A DNA stretch of 64,000 nucleotides from Macrostomum lignano (GCA_002269645.1 NIVC01002200.1:1-64000), one strand, 5' to 3'. Shown: positions 13,701 through 27,006, counted from the stretch's first letter. Numbers and translations are program-made. The notes: generated from the sequence alone by a model not told the origin.

Positions 13701-13949
13701 TCACAGAGCAACGCAAGTCGCTGACTCATTATTCCTATCAATATCTGGGAAGGGCAGACCGCGGCCCTGCACCCGAGCCCTGGCGTTGTCCTCCCGCTTC
13801 AGCCGGGTGATGGCGACGTCCAGTCGGCGAATTTCCGCCACCAACTGCTGTCGCTTCGCCGTCTCGCTGCGATCCATCACGTATAGGGACTGTTCGTTAA
13901 TCCGCAGCTGCTCCTCCAGTTCTGCTACGCGCAGCATGTTCTGCGCCAT
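13701..13949 (-). CDS. Unassigned 82-aa coiled-coil-like ORF inside Pur-alpha intron 2 (nested gene or alternative last exon)
   Basis: ATG-to-TGA non-repetitive ORF with many G/C-ending codons like nearby real exons; heptad-like ELEEQLRINEQ...LVAEIRRLDVAITRLKRE. No homology recognised. Confidence 0.5.
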   Translation of the reverse strand: MAQNMLRVAELEEQLRINEQSLYVMDRSETAKRQQLVAEIRRLDVAITRLKREDNARARVQGRGLPFPDIDRNNESATCVAL

Positions 13950-13954
13950 TGGAT

Positions 13955-14480
13955 ATTGCTTGCTTTCTATGTGTTGCGGTCTCCTTCTGCTGCTTGCTTG
14001 CTCTGTGTCTTCCTTCTGCTGCTTGCTTTCTCTGTGTTGCGGTCTTCCTTCTGCTGCTTGCTTTCTATGTGTTGCGGTCTTCCTTCTGTTGCTTGCTTTC
14101 TCTGTGTTGCGGTCTTCCTTCTGCTGCTTGCTTTCTCTGTGTTGCGGTCTTCCTTCTGCTGCTTGCTTTCTCTGTGTTGCGGTCTTCCTTCTGCTGCTTG
14201 CTTTCTCTGTGTTGCGGTCTTCTTTCTGTTGTCTGCTTTTCTGTGTTGCGGTCTTCCTTCTGTTGTCTGCTTTTCTGTGTTGCGGTCTTCTTTCTGTTGT
14301 CTGCTTTTCTGTGTTGCGGTCTTCCTTCTGCTGCTTGCTTTCTCTGTGTTGCGGTCTTCCTTCTGTTGTCTGCTTTTCTGTGTTGCGGTCTTCCTTCTGC
14401 TGCCTGCTTTTTCTGTGTTGCGGTCTTCCTTCTGTTGTCTGCTTTTCTGTGTTGCGGTCTTCCTTCTGCTGTCTACCGCT
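13955..14480. repeat. 34-35-bp minisatellite (ctgctgcttgctttctctgtgttgcggtcttcctt)
   Basis: Direct tandem repeat; explains the Cys/Leu-rich ORFs 13786-14591. Confidence 0.96.
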
Positions 14481-14959
14481 GTGTTAAACTTCTATTGCCT
14501 TTTTCAGCTGGCTTTTAAACTGCTTCTTTTATTTATCTCCGTAATTGGCAGTCGTCTGTTTTATACGTACCACCTGATTTTCTTTGACTAGATGCTAAAA
14601 ATTTATTTCTTTTGAATAGCCAAGTAGGCGACCACAAGTTATTCTACTCAGGATCAGTACGGTGGGCGGTCTCTCTCTCTCCCTTTTTTACTCTACCACC
14701 CTCTGCCCTCAATTTGTACTCAACATTTGGCCTGGTGCAAATGTAAAGCGTGATGAACAAGCAATTTCGAAAAGTGTACGCTTAGTTGCCATGGAAAATA
14801 TGGTAAAATAAGAAAAAGGTGCTCGCTCGTGCTGGGTCAGGGCAGGGCAGAAACTTTTGCGCGAGCGTTTTAGCATAGTAGAAGAGTGTAAACTAATTTG
14901 AATAGGCTAGATTTTAGATTGTGCACACTGGAGATTTACTCTATTAGTAAGACCTGGAT

Positions 14960-17900
14960 AGCGGAGCTCACTAACTGAGTTGGGTAGGCAGCGGAGCCCA
15001 CTGACTGACTGAGTTGGGTAGGCAGCGGAGCTCACTGACTGATCAGAGTTGGGTAGGCAGCGGAGCTCACTGACTGATCAGAGTTGGGTAGGCAGCGGAG
15101 CTTACTGACTGATCAGAGTTGGGTAGGCAGCGAAGCTCACTAACTGAGTTGGGTAGGCAGCGGAGCCCACTGACTGACTGAGTTGGGTAGGCAGCGGAGC
15201 TCACTGACTGATCAGAGTTGGGTAGGCAGCGGAGCTCACTGACTGATCGGAGTTGGGTAGGCAGCGGAGCTCACTGATCAGAGTTGGGTAGGCAGCGGAG
15301 CTCACTGACTGATCAGAGTTGGGTAGGCAGCGGAGCTCACTGACTGATCGGAGTTGGGTAGGCAGCGGAGCTCACTGACTGATCGGAGTTGGGTAGGCAG
15401 CGGAGCTTACTGACTGATAGAGTTGGGTAGGCAGCGGAGCTCACTGACTGAGTTGGGTAGGCAGCGGAGCTCACTGACTGAGTTGGGTAGGCAGCGGAGC
15501 TCACTAACTGAGTTGGGTAGGCAGCGGAGCCCACTGACTGACTGAGTTGGGTAGGCAGCGGAGCTCACTGACTGATCAGAGTTGGGTAGGCAGCGGAGCT
15601 CACTGACTGATCAGAGTTGGGTAGGCAGCGGAGCTCACTGACTGATCAGAGTTGGGTAGGCAGCGGAGCTCACTGACTGAGTTGGGTAGGCAGCGGAGCT
15701 CACTGACTGATCAGAGTTGGGTAGGCAGCGGAGCTCACTGACTGATCGGAGTTGGGTAGGCAGCGGAGCTCACTGACTGATCGGAGTTGGGTAGGCAGCG
15801 GAGCTTACTGACTGATAGAGTTGGGTAGGCAGCGGAGCTCACTGACTGAGTTGGGTAGGCAGCGGAGCTCACTGACTGAGTTGGGTAGGCAGCGGAGCTC
15901 ACTAACTGAGTTGGGTAGGCAGCGGAGCCCACTGACTGACTGAGTTGGGTAGGCAGCGGAGCTCACTGACTGATCAGAGTTGGGTAGGCAGCGGAGCTCA
16001 CTGACTGAGTTGGGTAGGCAGCGGAGCTCACTGACTGATCAGAGTTGGGTAGGCAGCGGAGCTCACTGACTGATCAGAGTTGGGTAGGCAGCGGAGCTCA
16101 CTGACTGATCAGAGTTGGGTAGGCAGCAGAGCTCACTGACTGATCAGAGTTGGGTAGGCAGCGGAGCTCACTGACTGATCAGAGTTGGGTAGGCAGCGGA
16201 GCTCATGACTGAGTTGGGTAGGCAGCGGAGCTCACTGACGGATCATAGTTGGGTAGGCAGCGGAGCTCACTGACTGATCAGAGTTGGGTAGGCAGCGGAG
16301 CTCACTGACTGATCAGAGTTGGGTAGGCAGCGGAGCTCACTGACTGATCAGAGTTGGGTAGGCAGCGGAGCTCACTGACTGACTGACATGAGTTGGGTAG
16401 GCAGCGGAGCTCACTGACTGATCAGAGTTGGGTAGGCAGCGGAGCTCACTGACTGATCAGAGTTGGGTAGGCAGCGGAGCTCACTAACTGAGTTGGGTAG
16501 GCAGCGGAGCTCACTGACTGATCAGAGTTGGGTAGGCAGCGGAGCTCACTGACTGATCGGAGTTGGGTAGGCAGCGGAGCTCACTGATCAGAGTTGGGTA
16601 GGCAGCGGAGCTCACTGACTGATCAGAGTTGGGTAGGCAGCGGAGCTCACTGACTGATCGGAGTTGGGTAGGCAGCGGAGCTCACTGACTGATCGGAGTT
16701 GGGTAGGCAGCGGAGCTTACTGACTGATAGAGTTGGGTAGGCAGCGGAGCTCACTGACTGAGTTGGGTAGGCAGCGGAGCTCACTGACTGAGTTTGGTAG
16801 GCAGCGGAGCTCACTAACTGAGTTGGGTAGGCAGCGGAGCCCACTGACTGACTGAGTTGGGTAGGCAGCGGAGCTCACTGACTGATCAGAGTTGGGTAGG
16901 CAGCGGAGCTCACTGACTGATCAGAGTTGGGTAGGCAGCGGAGCTCACTGACTGATCAGAGTTGGGTAGGCAGCGGAGCTCACTGACTGATCAGAGTTGG
17001 GTAGGCAGCGGAGCTCACTGACTGAGTTGGGTAGGCAGCGGAGCTCACTGACTGATCAGAGTTGGGTAGGCAGCGGAGCTCACTGACTGATCGGAGTTGG
17101 GTAGGCAGCGGAGCTCACTGACTGATCGGAGTTGGGTAGGCAGCGGAGCTTACTGACTGATAGAGTTGGGTAGGCAGCGGAGCTCACTGACTGAGTTGGG
17201 TAGGCAGCGGAGCTCACTGACTGAGTTATGTAGGCAGCGGAGCTCACTAACTGAGTTGGGTAGGCAGCGGAGCCCACTGACTGACTGAGTTGGGTAGGCA
17301 GCGGAGCTCACTGACTGATCAGAGTTGGGTAGGCAGCGGAGCTCACTGACTGATCAGAGTTGGGTAGGCAGCGGAGCTCACTGACTGATCAGAGTTGGGT
17401 AGGCAGCGGAGCTCACTGACTGAGTTGGGTAGGCAGCGGAGCTCACTGACTGAGTTGGGTAGGCAGCGGAGCTCACTGACTGATCAGAGTTGGGTAGGCA
17501 GCGGAGCTCACTGACTGATCAGAGTTGGGTAGGCAGCGGAGCTCACTGACTGATCAGAGTTGGGTAGGCAGCAGAGCTCACTGACTGATCAGAGTTGGGT
17601 AGGCAGCGGAGCTCACTGACTGATCAGAGTTGGGTAGGCAGCGGAGCTCACTGACTGATCGGAGTTGGGTAGACAGCGGAGCTCACTGACTGATAGAGTT
17701 GGGTAGGCAGCGGAGCTCACTGACTGATCAGAGTTGGGTAGGCAGCGGAGCTCATGACTGAGTTGGGTAGGCAGCGGAGCTCACTGACGGATCATAGTTG
17801 GGTAGGCAGCGGAGCTCACTGACTGATCAGAGTTGGGTAGGCAGCGGAGCTCACTGACTGATCAGAGTTGGGTAGGCAGCGGAGCTCACTGACTGATCAG

Positions 17901-18362
17901 AGTTGGGTAGGCAGCGGAGCTCACTGACTGACTGACATGAGTTGGGTAGGCAGCGGAGCTCACTGACTGACTGACATGAGTTGGGTAGGCAGCAGAGCTC
18001 ACTGACTGATCAGAGTTGGGTAGGCAGCAGAGCTCACTGACTGATCAGAGTTGGGTAGGCAGCGGAGCTTACTGACTGATCAGAGTTGGGTAGGCAGCGG
18101 AGCTCACTGACTGAGTGACATGAGTTGGGTAGGCAGCGGAGCTCACTGACTGATCAGAGTTGGGTAGGCAGCGGAGCTCACTGACTGATCAGAGCTGGGT
18201 AGGCAGCGGAGCTCACTGACTGATCAGAGTTGGGTAGGCAGCGGAGCTCACTGACTGATCAGAGTTGGGTAGGCAGCGGAGCTTACTGACTGATCAGAGT
18301 TGGGTAGGCAGCGGAGCTCACTGACTGACTGACATGAGTTGGGTAGGCAGCAGAGCTCACTG
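14960..18362. repeat. 3.4-kb 31-35-bp minisatellite (gagttgggtaggcagcggagctcactgactgatca)
   Basis: About 100 tandem units in Pur-alpha intron 2 with higher-order duplications (identical ORFs at 15337, 15735, 16647, 17080). Confidence 0.98.
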
Positions 18363-18392
18363 AACAGGATAGACACTCATCGTTATGCTCAC

Positions 18393-18574
18393 CGCCCAGA
18401 TCGTCCGTGCCGCACTCCTCAATGAGCTCGGTGAGCTTCTCCTTGAGCTCCGACATGCCCTCAGCTGGCATAGCGATCTGGCTGCGCATTCCAGTCTGTG
18501 GTACCTGTTGAGCTACGCGTAGAAATTTGCCCCGCTGATTCTCCTTCAAGTCGAGGTAGTAGCGGCGGTTGTCC
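18393..18574 (-). CDS. PURA: Pur-alpha, exon 2 (PUR repeat II)
   Basis: ccgcag|G GAC AAC CGC CGC TAC TAC CTC GAC TTG AAG GAG AAT = (K)[22 protein letters not shown]...; ends G|gtgagc. Confidence 0.96.
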
Positions 18575-18839
18575 CTGCGGTGTGCCGGGTTCCCTCAGTA
18601 CATTTTTGCACTACACTCTACATTCTACACTCACCTGTAGAATCCCAGGAGTCTCACACGCGCCAATACTGTACGCAGACACGCACTCACACACACTCTC
18701 ACACAGGGTGTACACCGGCCCTGATTTTCTAATCGTCAGGCATGTACACTCTGTACCTTGGAGATTGGCCTTTATGGGTGCGAATCGCACTATAATCCCA
18801 CGGCAATTTTCTTACGCGTAAGCCAATGAGTTTACTCAC

Positions 18840-19174
18840 TTCACCATAGACTCTGACTTGAATCTCGGCCCGTTGCCATGGTCACCAGTCGCTCCGCCGG
18901 CCTCAAGCTGCTTGTAAAACTTCACTAACTCAGATAGTTTATCGCGAAACTCCGTAGTGGAGCTCATACTCATCAGGATGCGACTCTTCTGACCGTTAGA
19001 TCCAACTTCGGCTATCTTCAAGAAGCGGCCACGTCTATTTTGCTTTACGTCTAGGTAGAACCGCTTCGATTGAACCTGCACAGTGCGCGAGGCAATCTCC
19101 TGTTCGTCGCTGTCGGCGCCGCGCTGCTGCTGCTGCTGCTGCTGTCTCTGCCTGTTGTTAGCCATCTGAGCCAT
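18840..19174 (-). CDS. PURA: Pur-alpha, exon 1 (PUR repeat I)
   Basis: MAQMANNRQR-polyQ...EIASRTVQVQSKRFYLDVKQNRRGRFLKIAEVG; ends AA|gtgagt. The three exons total 753 nt = 250 aa + stop. Confidence 0.96.
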
Positions 19175-22100
19175 CGCCGATCCTTCTTACTCTGCTCTGG
19201 CCCTGCGCTGCAGAATTGTCATTTAATAAAAAATAAATGTTTTGATTGTTATTTGCTTGCATTTCTACTTATAGTAGTTTAAAAGGATTATTCCAGGCTC
19301 ATTTACTTTTCATTTTTTTGAACAGACACAGAAGTTGAGATGAAAAAGCCAAACACAGGAACTGAAGTTTATTAAAATTCTCTAGATGAAACTAGTCTAT
19401 CTATTTTCTTTCCATAAAATTGAAATCTATCTAAACCCTTTTAAGTGAAACTAAAAACCATTGAAACAAAAATCTATCAAAACCTGCTTTGGTAAACTGT
19501 AGTCAATTTAGTCAATATAATCTTTATCTAATAGCAGGTAATCAAGACTCTCTGTTAAATTAAGATCTATGATGATGCTTACTTTCTACTTGTCTAGTAT
19601 AACATATTCAAAGTAAATAGAGGCATCAATGATTAGTGTTAAACCTTATTTCATTATACTTTCATTTCTTTGCATTTAACCATAAATATTGGCATTACAG
19701 GAAAATAAATAAAGGAAACTTTGTAACATTCAAATATCATCTCTACTAGGATACAGAGGCCACAGAAAGTAATTCCAAAATACTGTATTTTGTTTATATA
19801 CATTTAGCCTTATCATTGCCATCCAAACCTTTTTCTAGCAAAGAATTATTAAAATTAAATTGTACCCCCAAGATAGAATGTGTTATTTGCATTGAATATA
19901 CAACATGTTATTTATACCTTCTAATATATAACAATCAACCTTCCTAAGAATATTAGATGATTTGCCAAAAAACCTTTTTGCCAAAAACCTAATATTTACT
20001 AATAGATTATTTGCATTATGCAACTAGCCTCAAGGTATGATGATTAGTCATTGATGTGCTAAAGGTCGTAAGTTCAATTTTCAATTGTCATTGCTAAGAA
20101 TTTTCAATTCATTATCAATTATAAAACACTTCTTACTAGTGCAGTTTTTCAATTTTATAAAAAATATAGGGAGAATAATTTTTGCATAACAATTGCTACA
20201 TATAGGCCATATAGCAATTGAGCTGCTATAGTAGCCAAAGTGGGACCTATCTTATCCCTTTTTTGCTAGCTATCAAGATGAAGAACAATGACTCTAAAGG
20301 TTGGCACAAGATCAACTGAACCTATATAACTACTAATGCTTGCATCTAAATTCTAATGAGTTAATTTGATAGCTACATAAGCAATACAACAAAGGTCTAT
20401 TCATCTATATCAAAATATGCATGCTCAACTAGGGTGCTATTTGCTACAACTATAACAACATGTATAGACTTAGCTAGTAATATAAATTCTTCTATTATTG
20501 GAATACTATGCTAAATACTGGAATGGCAATCAAACTACATAGCAATATGATGCAATACATGAATAGAATCATATCATATAGATTAATATTAATATTTAAA
20601 AATTTAAAAATTTAACATACACAAGGATAAATATGTTCTACAAGAGAAATAAACAATGTTTATTGTTTATTTGCTTATTGACATTTGCTCATTGTATATT
20701 TGTTTGGCAAAACAACTTGCTTTTGGCAAATTAACTTGTTATTCTTTCTAATATACAATATCAATTAGAAATTGATAAGCCTAACTATCTCTTTAACCCT
20801 TTTAGAAATAGACTGCCACCCTTTTACTAAAGAGACAAAGTGACTAAAAAGGTTTAAAATGTATTAAAAGCCATGTTTCCTTATTCATCTGGTTAATACT
20901 AGACAAACAGCCATAGGCATTTTGTTATTTGTCCAGTTAAACTGATATTCTATTTTATAGAAACTATAAGGGTGAATACTCCTGGACTTCAAAGACTTCT
21001 TATTCGTATCTTGATTATTATGCCAAAATTATACCAAATTGTATGCATATTACACATATCTGCTTTTGCTTGTACTAGTATATATAAAATATTAATCTAA
21101 TAAAATATAATAATATAATAATAAAAAAATAATATAAAATATTAATTAGGATACAAGAAAAGGTCTTAAAAATATAAAGACAATTGTTATTTATCTAGTG
21201 ACTAGACAAATAGCAATGCGGTTATTTGTCCAGTTACTGGATAATGACCATGTTTTCCTATTCATCCGGTTAAATTGATAATGCTAAAATATCTATTTCA
21301 TAGAAACTAAAAGGGTAAATATTCCTAGACTTCAAAGACTTCTTACTTGTATCTTGATTAGGGCCTATTATGTTATTATACTAGTATGTGTCTTATAACA
21401 GCAAATTAGGGCCTATGCCAAATTAAAACAGCTTTGCTCAAAGTTTTTTATGCAAATGGGACCTGGGTGCAAATAGCATCTTGGTCTTAAAAATTGCACC
21501 CTGAAATTTGACTCAGGGTGCGAAAAGCGCACCAGAATTTTTTGCAAGGATATGATGCGGATTTCACAATTTAGTATTATGGATTTCTTAAGTCCATAAC
21601 TTTATATTCTTTGAATTAGGCAGTAATTTGAAACACACTATTAGTGTTAGACCAGTTTTTGTCTGCAGCAATGCAATGCAATGCAGCGCATCTTGGTCTT
21701 GAAAATTGCACCCTGAAATCTAGCATAGGACAGGGTATGAAATTGCACCCAACTCCCAAGTTATGGATGAAAAAAAAACCCAGGCTTTGCTTATACTAGT
21801 ATAGGCCTTACAAGAAAATATTAATTAGAGGCATCAAATATTAATTAGAGGCTTTGAATACGAATATAAAAATAAACAAGAAAAAATCTTTAAAAATCTA
21901 GAATATTCATCACTAAACAAATAATAAGGGGGGGGGCCTAGATACTTGTGTTAGCAATTTAACCGGACAAATAACAAAAAGGCAATTTGTCTAGTCCCAG
22001 ACAAACAACAACTGCCAAATATAAAATATTCCTCACTAAACAAATAGATAGGCCTACTTGTGTTAGCAATTTAACCAGACATATAGCAAAAAGGCTATTT

Positions 22101-22854
22101 GTCTGGTCACCGGACAAATAACAACTGCAAAAGGCAAAGCCTTAGCTTTTATGAAGGCTCACTCTACAGACAGAGTATAGCCAGTGTAAAAACTATAAAA
22201 ATATTAGGCCTAGGGCTAGGCCAATTTATTAAGCTAAGCGTGATAAAAAATATTCATTAAACTAATGAGTCGAGCTGCGGCATTTTTATGATCTCTTATT
22301 TTTTAGCCAAATTTAGGCATCTTTGTACGACATCGCCATTGGTCGTAGGATATAAAATTAATACAGAATACAAGTTTCTAAACAAAAGGCTCTAATAAAA
22401 GCAGGTCGTATATAACGTACGAAAAAAGGTCTACCTGCTATCAAACCTCCATTCTGTGCACTGTGTTTTGGTAAAACCAGTCTTCTAAAATTTCCAAGAA
22501 ACGTAGCCTAATTTCCGTTTACTTGAGTTGTATTTGTAAATTCTCCCGTTCGAGTACAGTAAGTTCCCGGCTTGTTTGATGTTTTAAGTTATAACAAAAA
22601 GAAAAGTTTATTTTGTATTCTTTACGTTAAATATAAAAAAAACATTAGAAATTTATAAAATAACTTTTAGTAAAAGTATTTATATAAAGTAATTATTCAT
22701 ACTCTTGCCTACATTATTTTTTTCGAAAAATTTTCTTATCCTTTCGACTTCCTTAACGGTCGTAGCGGACAGTTGAAGGCGAGGGTGCTGATAATCTCAT
22801 AGAATTTTACTTTGTCCTAAAAGAGAAAACTACATGCATGGTTAGCTGGTAGTG

Positions 22855-22903
22855 ATGTATTTTCTAAGTTTCTTACTATTCCTGCCTGCCATAGTTGTTT
22901 CAC
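22855..22903 (+). CDS. Nrx-IV: Neurexin IV/CASPR, exon 1 (signal peptide)
   Basis: ATG...MYFLSFLLFLPAIVVS then C|gtaagt; phase 1 joins the exon at 28361 in frame (C+AA = Gln). Confidence 0.75.
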
Positions 22904-24553
22904 GTAAGTGTATTGTTTTTTGGAGTGCTTTATTCAAGTATTTGTTTGTTTAGGCCTATTACATGCATGTCATTAAGAGTAAGACAACTCATTACGACAT
23001 TAGTCATAAGTCAGTGCCATTTTCGTTAGTCTAGTCTAGTTTCAAATAAAAGGGAGCAGTTCATTTTAGTGACAGGTAATTTTAATGACAGAGGGTAAAT
23101 CTCAGATTGAAATGTACGTAAGTTATAAACAAATTTTTTCTTACATCAGGAATTTCATTGTTAAATTAGAAGCAATTGTACATGAATTTAACTTTAGTTC
23201 ATAAAAAACTGATTAAAAAATATTTTTTTAAACTTTTAGTCAAAGTTTATGTTTTTTTGTGGCGATAGCGACCAAAAACGTATTTTTCTGACTTGTATCT
23301 TAAGTACGTTTTTTTGTTTCATAATGTTTTTTTGTGCACGTGTAATATATTTGTCTATGGGAAAATGACTGAAAATATTGGGGAAAACCTTCATCTGTGA
23401 GCTTGTGGATGTTTTACCGCTGTGTTTTCAATATTTATGAACTTATTTGGCCCTGTCTCGATTGCATGATATTTGTCTACTGTTAAAAAGTTCCTGTAAG
23501 GTGTAAGTTTTCTGATAAACAATGCCAACCATTATGATCTTCAGTGATTCATTCTTTCAGATACATTTTAAATATTGTTATTCCATTTTATCTGCGACTG
23601 TCAATGCACTGTTACTTACTTATGCCTATTGATGTTACATTTAGACTTTTTTCATAAGCACAAAAGTTCCTGTAAGGTGTAAGTTTACTCAGCTCATAAG
23701 CATGTAAATGTTCCCAAATCTTCTAATTATGTAGAAAAATACTAAACAAAGAGTAGTTTTTCATTGCATGTTCTTGTGATTTTACTAAAGAAGTATAGAC
23801 TTTATTAAGTTCATTATATTGGGTTTTAACCATTTATAGCCAAGTAGCATACTTAAGTAAGCAGTTTTGTTTATGTTTGTGTGAAAATCTGTGATGATTC
23901 ACTTCTAATGATATTCACTTTTGATCTTATGAGTATATCTTGAGCTCTAACGCTCAGTAATCCACAGAAAAATTCTAATTTATTCCTGCCAATCTATTTA
24001 GTATGTTCCTCTAATATCACCATATTTGAATGCTGTTTTGGCTAGCATAAGCAAAGGACAATAGGTACGGCAGGAACCCTTAGAAATAGATCATATGCTT
24101 AGGTCAAAGTAAAAAGAATGCTGGTATTGTATATTTTAATTGTATTTAATGACCCCTTAGAAAGCCTTTTTAATTAAGAAGCATATCTAATGCTAGATCC
24201 GAAGGAGCAGCGTAATTCATTGTACGAGTATGTTAAGTTCATTACAAGTAACACTAGCATAGTCTATCTACTTCTATTTGTATTTATTTCTATATGTAGC
24301 AGTATATGTTTACCTTGCAATCTGAATGCCATATATATTATTCTATTTAGTCATTTTCAATTAAACTCTGCTATCTCGGTGTTTACATGCAAAAATAGAA
24401 AGTGAGAGTCTATATGCCTTTTTGTAAATTTTGGCAATTTTTAATGTTGACATTCTTAAAATTACTACACTTATTTTCTTTAAATTGATACCAGATACCA
24501 TGAAGATGATTACAACTCATTCTCATATGGTTTCTGAGATACACAAATTGACT

Positions 24554-25328
24554 TCAAAATTCAGCTACTGCAGCACCTGCTCTTTGAGCTGAGCTGTAAA
24601 TGTCATTCAACATACACAACCAATTTTGACAACTCGTTGCTTTCTCGTCGATAGCGTCGAGAAAGTTGTTGGGCAACGATGACTTGTTGCCAGCTTCCTG
24701 ACTCTCATCGAGATGATGCAGCACCCATCGAACAGTGACGTACTGCAGCCACAGGTCCTCTATGCATTTGAGAGTTTGGTGGATGGTGGATGAAGGAACT
24801 TTACTGAGTTCCGCCATTTCTTTGCATGTCCATCGCAGATCGATTTCCAGCAGACCACGGATGAGTTTGATGCTGCTCTCGGTCCGCACTTTCCGGGGTC
24901 TCCCAGATCTTGGCTCATTCAGAGTCAATCGAAGTGCAGCCACTCTTGAAGCGATCATACCTCTTGTACACATCGCGCTGGCAAAGTTCATCCTTGCTGT
25001 ACGCGTCTACAAGCTGTAGGTAACTTGTGCAGCTGGCATTCCTCGCAGCCATTCAGATTTAATTTACCACCGCTGCTCTTCCTGCGGTTCATCTCCCATA
25101 ACCGCGACGTCGACCGAAGAGGGAAAGCAATGGTGATGACAATCGCGGTGGGGTTATAATAATACGAGCTAAGAAAGGAGAAAGGTGCAAATACGAGCTA
25201 GATAGCTCAAGTGCGCAGGAAACGACTGCTGCTGGTCGCAGGACAGCTGTGGTAACAGCTGCAGCCACTAGAGCGATGTCTGTGGTAGAAATGGATCGAT
25301 TGCACGAACTTTTGAGACGCCCCTTGTA
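24554..25328 (-). mobile_element. Degenerate, truncated mariner (Tc1/mariner) element
   Basis: Left TIR TA|CAAGGGGCGTCTCAAAAGTT at 25328-25307. Frameshifted transposase: AYSKDELCQRDVYKRYDRFKSG / EPRSGRPRK...HTH...VRWVLHHL (WVPHxL-like). No catalytic domain or right TIR seen. Confidence 0.85.
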
Positions 25329-27006
25329 ATTTTTTGTACCCAGCTGATACTTAAGGTTCTGGGTTTTCCCACGGGGATAGAGTAGTCAAGTGGTTACTTT
25401 ACTTTATACTACTGATGGGAGGCACGTACAGGAGCCGCGAAAAGGGACAGGACAAAACATATATATATATATATATGTTTTAGTTCCCAGTTTTGCTTTA
25501 GTATTGCTTTGCCATTTCCATTTTTCCTATAGTTTTCAGTGCCATATCTGCTTTGCATAGTATTTTCCAATCTGCAAGTTTTTCTGTTTTTTCTTTTTTT
25601 GCCAGCATCATTTGGCTCGTTTTTTACTGTTTTACATTTTCCCAGTGCCAGTAGCTGTACGCTTTTCATTGATTTTTTATGGTCTGCACTTCCTAAGTCC
25701 AGTGCAGTTCAAGTATCTGTTTCGGTCTGTTTTTGCTTGCGTATTTAAAAGTAGAAATTAAATGGGGAATATACAATAATTCTACAGACAATATATTTGA
25801 TCGGTGATGGGAACCTTAATCAAAAGTTCAAAAGGAAAATTTATAAGATTTTTCAAGTTCTAGCTTTTTAGAAACATACTAGAATGAGAGACTGAGAGAA
25901 TACTTCGAGTTCTTTACTTCTTTAGCAAGAAATTAAAGGAAAGTATAGTTAATTTTGTGGTATGGTTTGGAATTTGATAATTGAAAAAGATGATTCAGTT
26001 GAAGTAAAGAGGCAAACGTGTAATTTGAAAAAACTCAATGCCTTTACCTAATTAAAATATGTTCTGAATGAACACTCTAGATACATATATCGATGTCAAA
26101 TATTACAATTTCAATTTGCAGGTTTCGATCACCATATTAAATTTCAGTAAAGATAAATAACCCAGTTGAAATCGTTTCTTTGTCATCAATAATAAATTCC
26201 GTCCGTTATCAGTCCATCAACGGTATGTGTTTTCGATATATATTAAAAAATGGTTTAAGTACCGTGCATTCCGTTTATATTATAAATCAGGCAGATTCAT
26301 AGCACGTTAAATTTAGTAACTATAAACAGTTTCAATTTATAACAAAATGTTAATCAAAAACAAAAAAAGATTTTAATGAATACTACTAACCAGTAAAAAG
26401 ATAACTCTAACAAAACAAAAATTACAATTTTGTGAGTTAAATAAACAAACTGTTTGTCTTCGGTATTAATCGTTGTCAAAATACTCTTCAAAAAAACAAA
26501 CAGCATACTTTCTTGAAATTCAGGGTTACTTGTGGTTTTAAGTAGAAAAATTATTATATTATTCTTTTATCTTTAGATGTAAAGCATTATTTTCCATGCC
26601 ACTGAACTTTTATTTTTTGTCAATTTTTTTACTTCTGTGTTTGAGATTTACCCCAGATCATTTTGGTGACAGCTTATCACAAAAATTACTGTCCTAAGCA
26701 CTAAACTTCTTGGAATTGAAGACAGTTGTACTTATAACTAAATAGAACATATAAATATATATAACAACAGTTACTTATGGTCAGCACAAAACAAATGTGC
26801 TTCTACTGTTTGTGCTTTATTAATTAAAAAATGTAACTATATAAATAAATATCAAAGCTGTTAGGCCTATAATCTATAAATAAACTATTAGGCCTATAAA
26901 CTATAAATAAACTATTAGGCCTATAAACTATAAATAAACTATTAGGCCTATATGTTTTTAATTGGAAAAGCCATTGACCATATTGCAAACCACACTCCAG
27001 ATCATG

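Noticed and set aside
13786-14591. Cys/Leu-rich membrane-protein-like ORFs
   Set aside because: Translation of a 34-35-bp array on the strand opposite the coding-like ORF.
14960-18362. CRISPR-like array (35-bp units)
   Set aside because: Head-to-tail repeats with no unique spacers, no cas genes, eukaryotic intron.
19850-22140. Foldback element in the PURA/Nrx-IV intergenic region
   Set aside because: Direct and inverted ~100-150-bp similarities exist (20.9, 21.2, 21.95-22.1 kb), but I could not define ends or a TSD.
26120-26230. Extra Nrx-IV exon (ttgcag|...|gtatgt)
   Set aside because: In-frame stop after exon 1; exon 1 already joins 28361 in phase. It could only be a non-coding or poison exon, and is unsupported.
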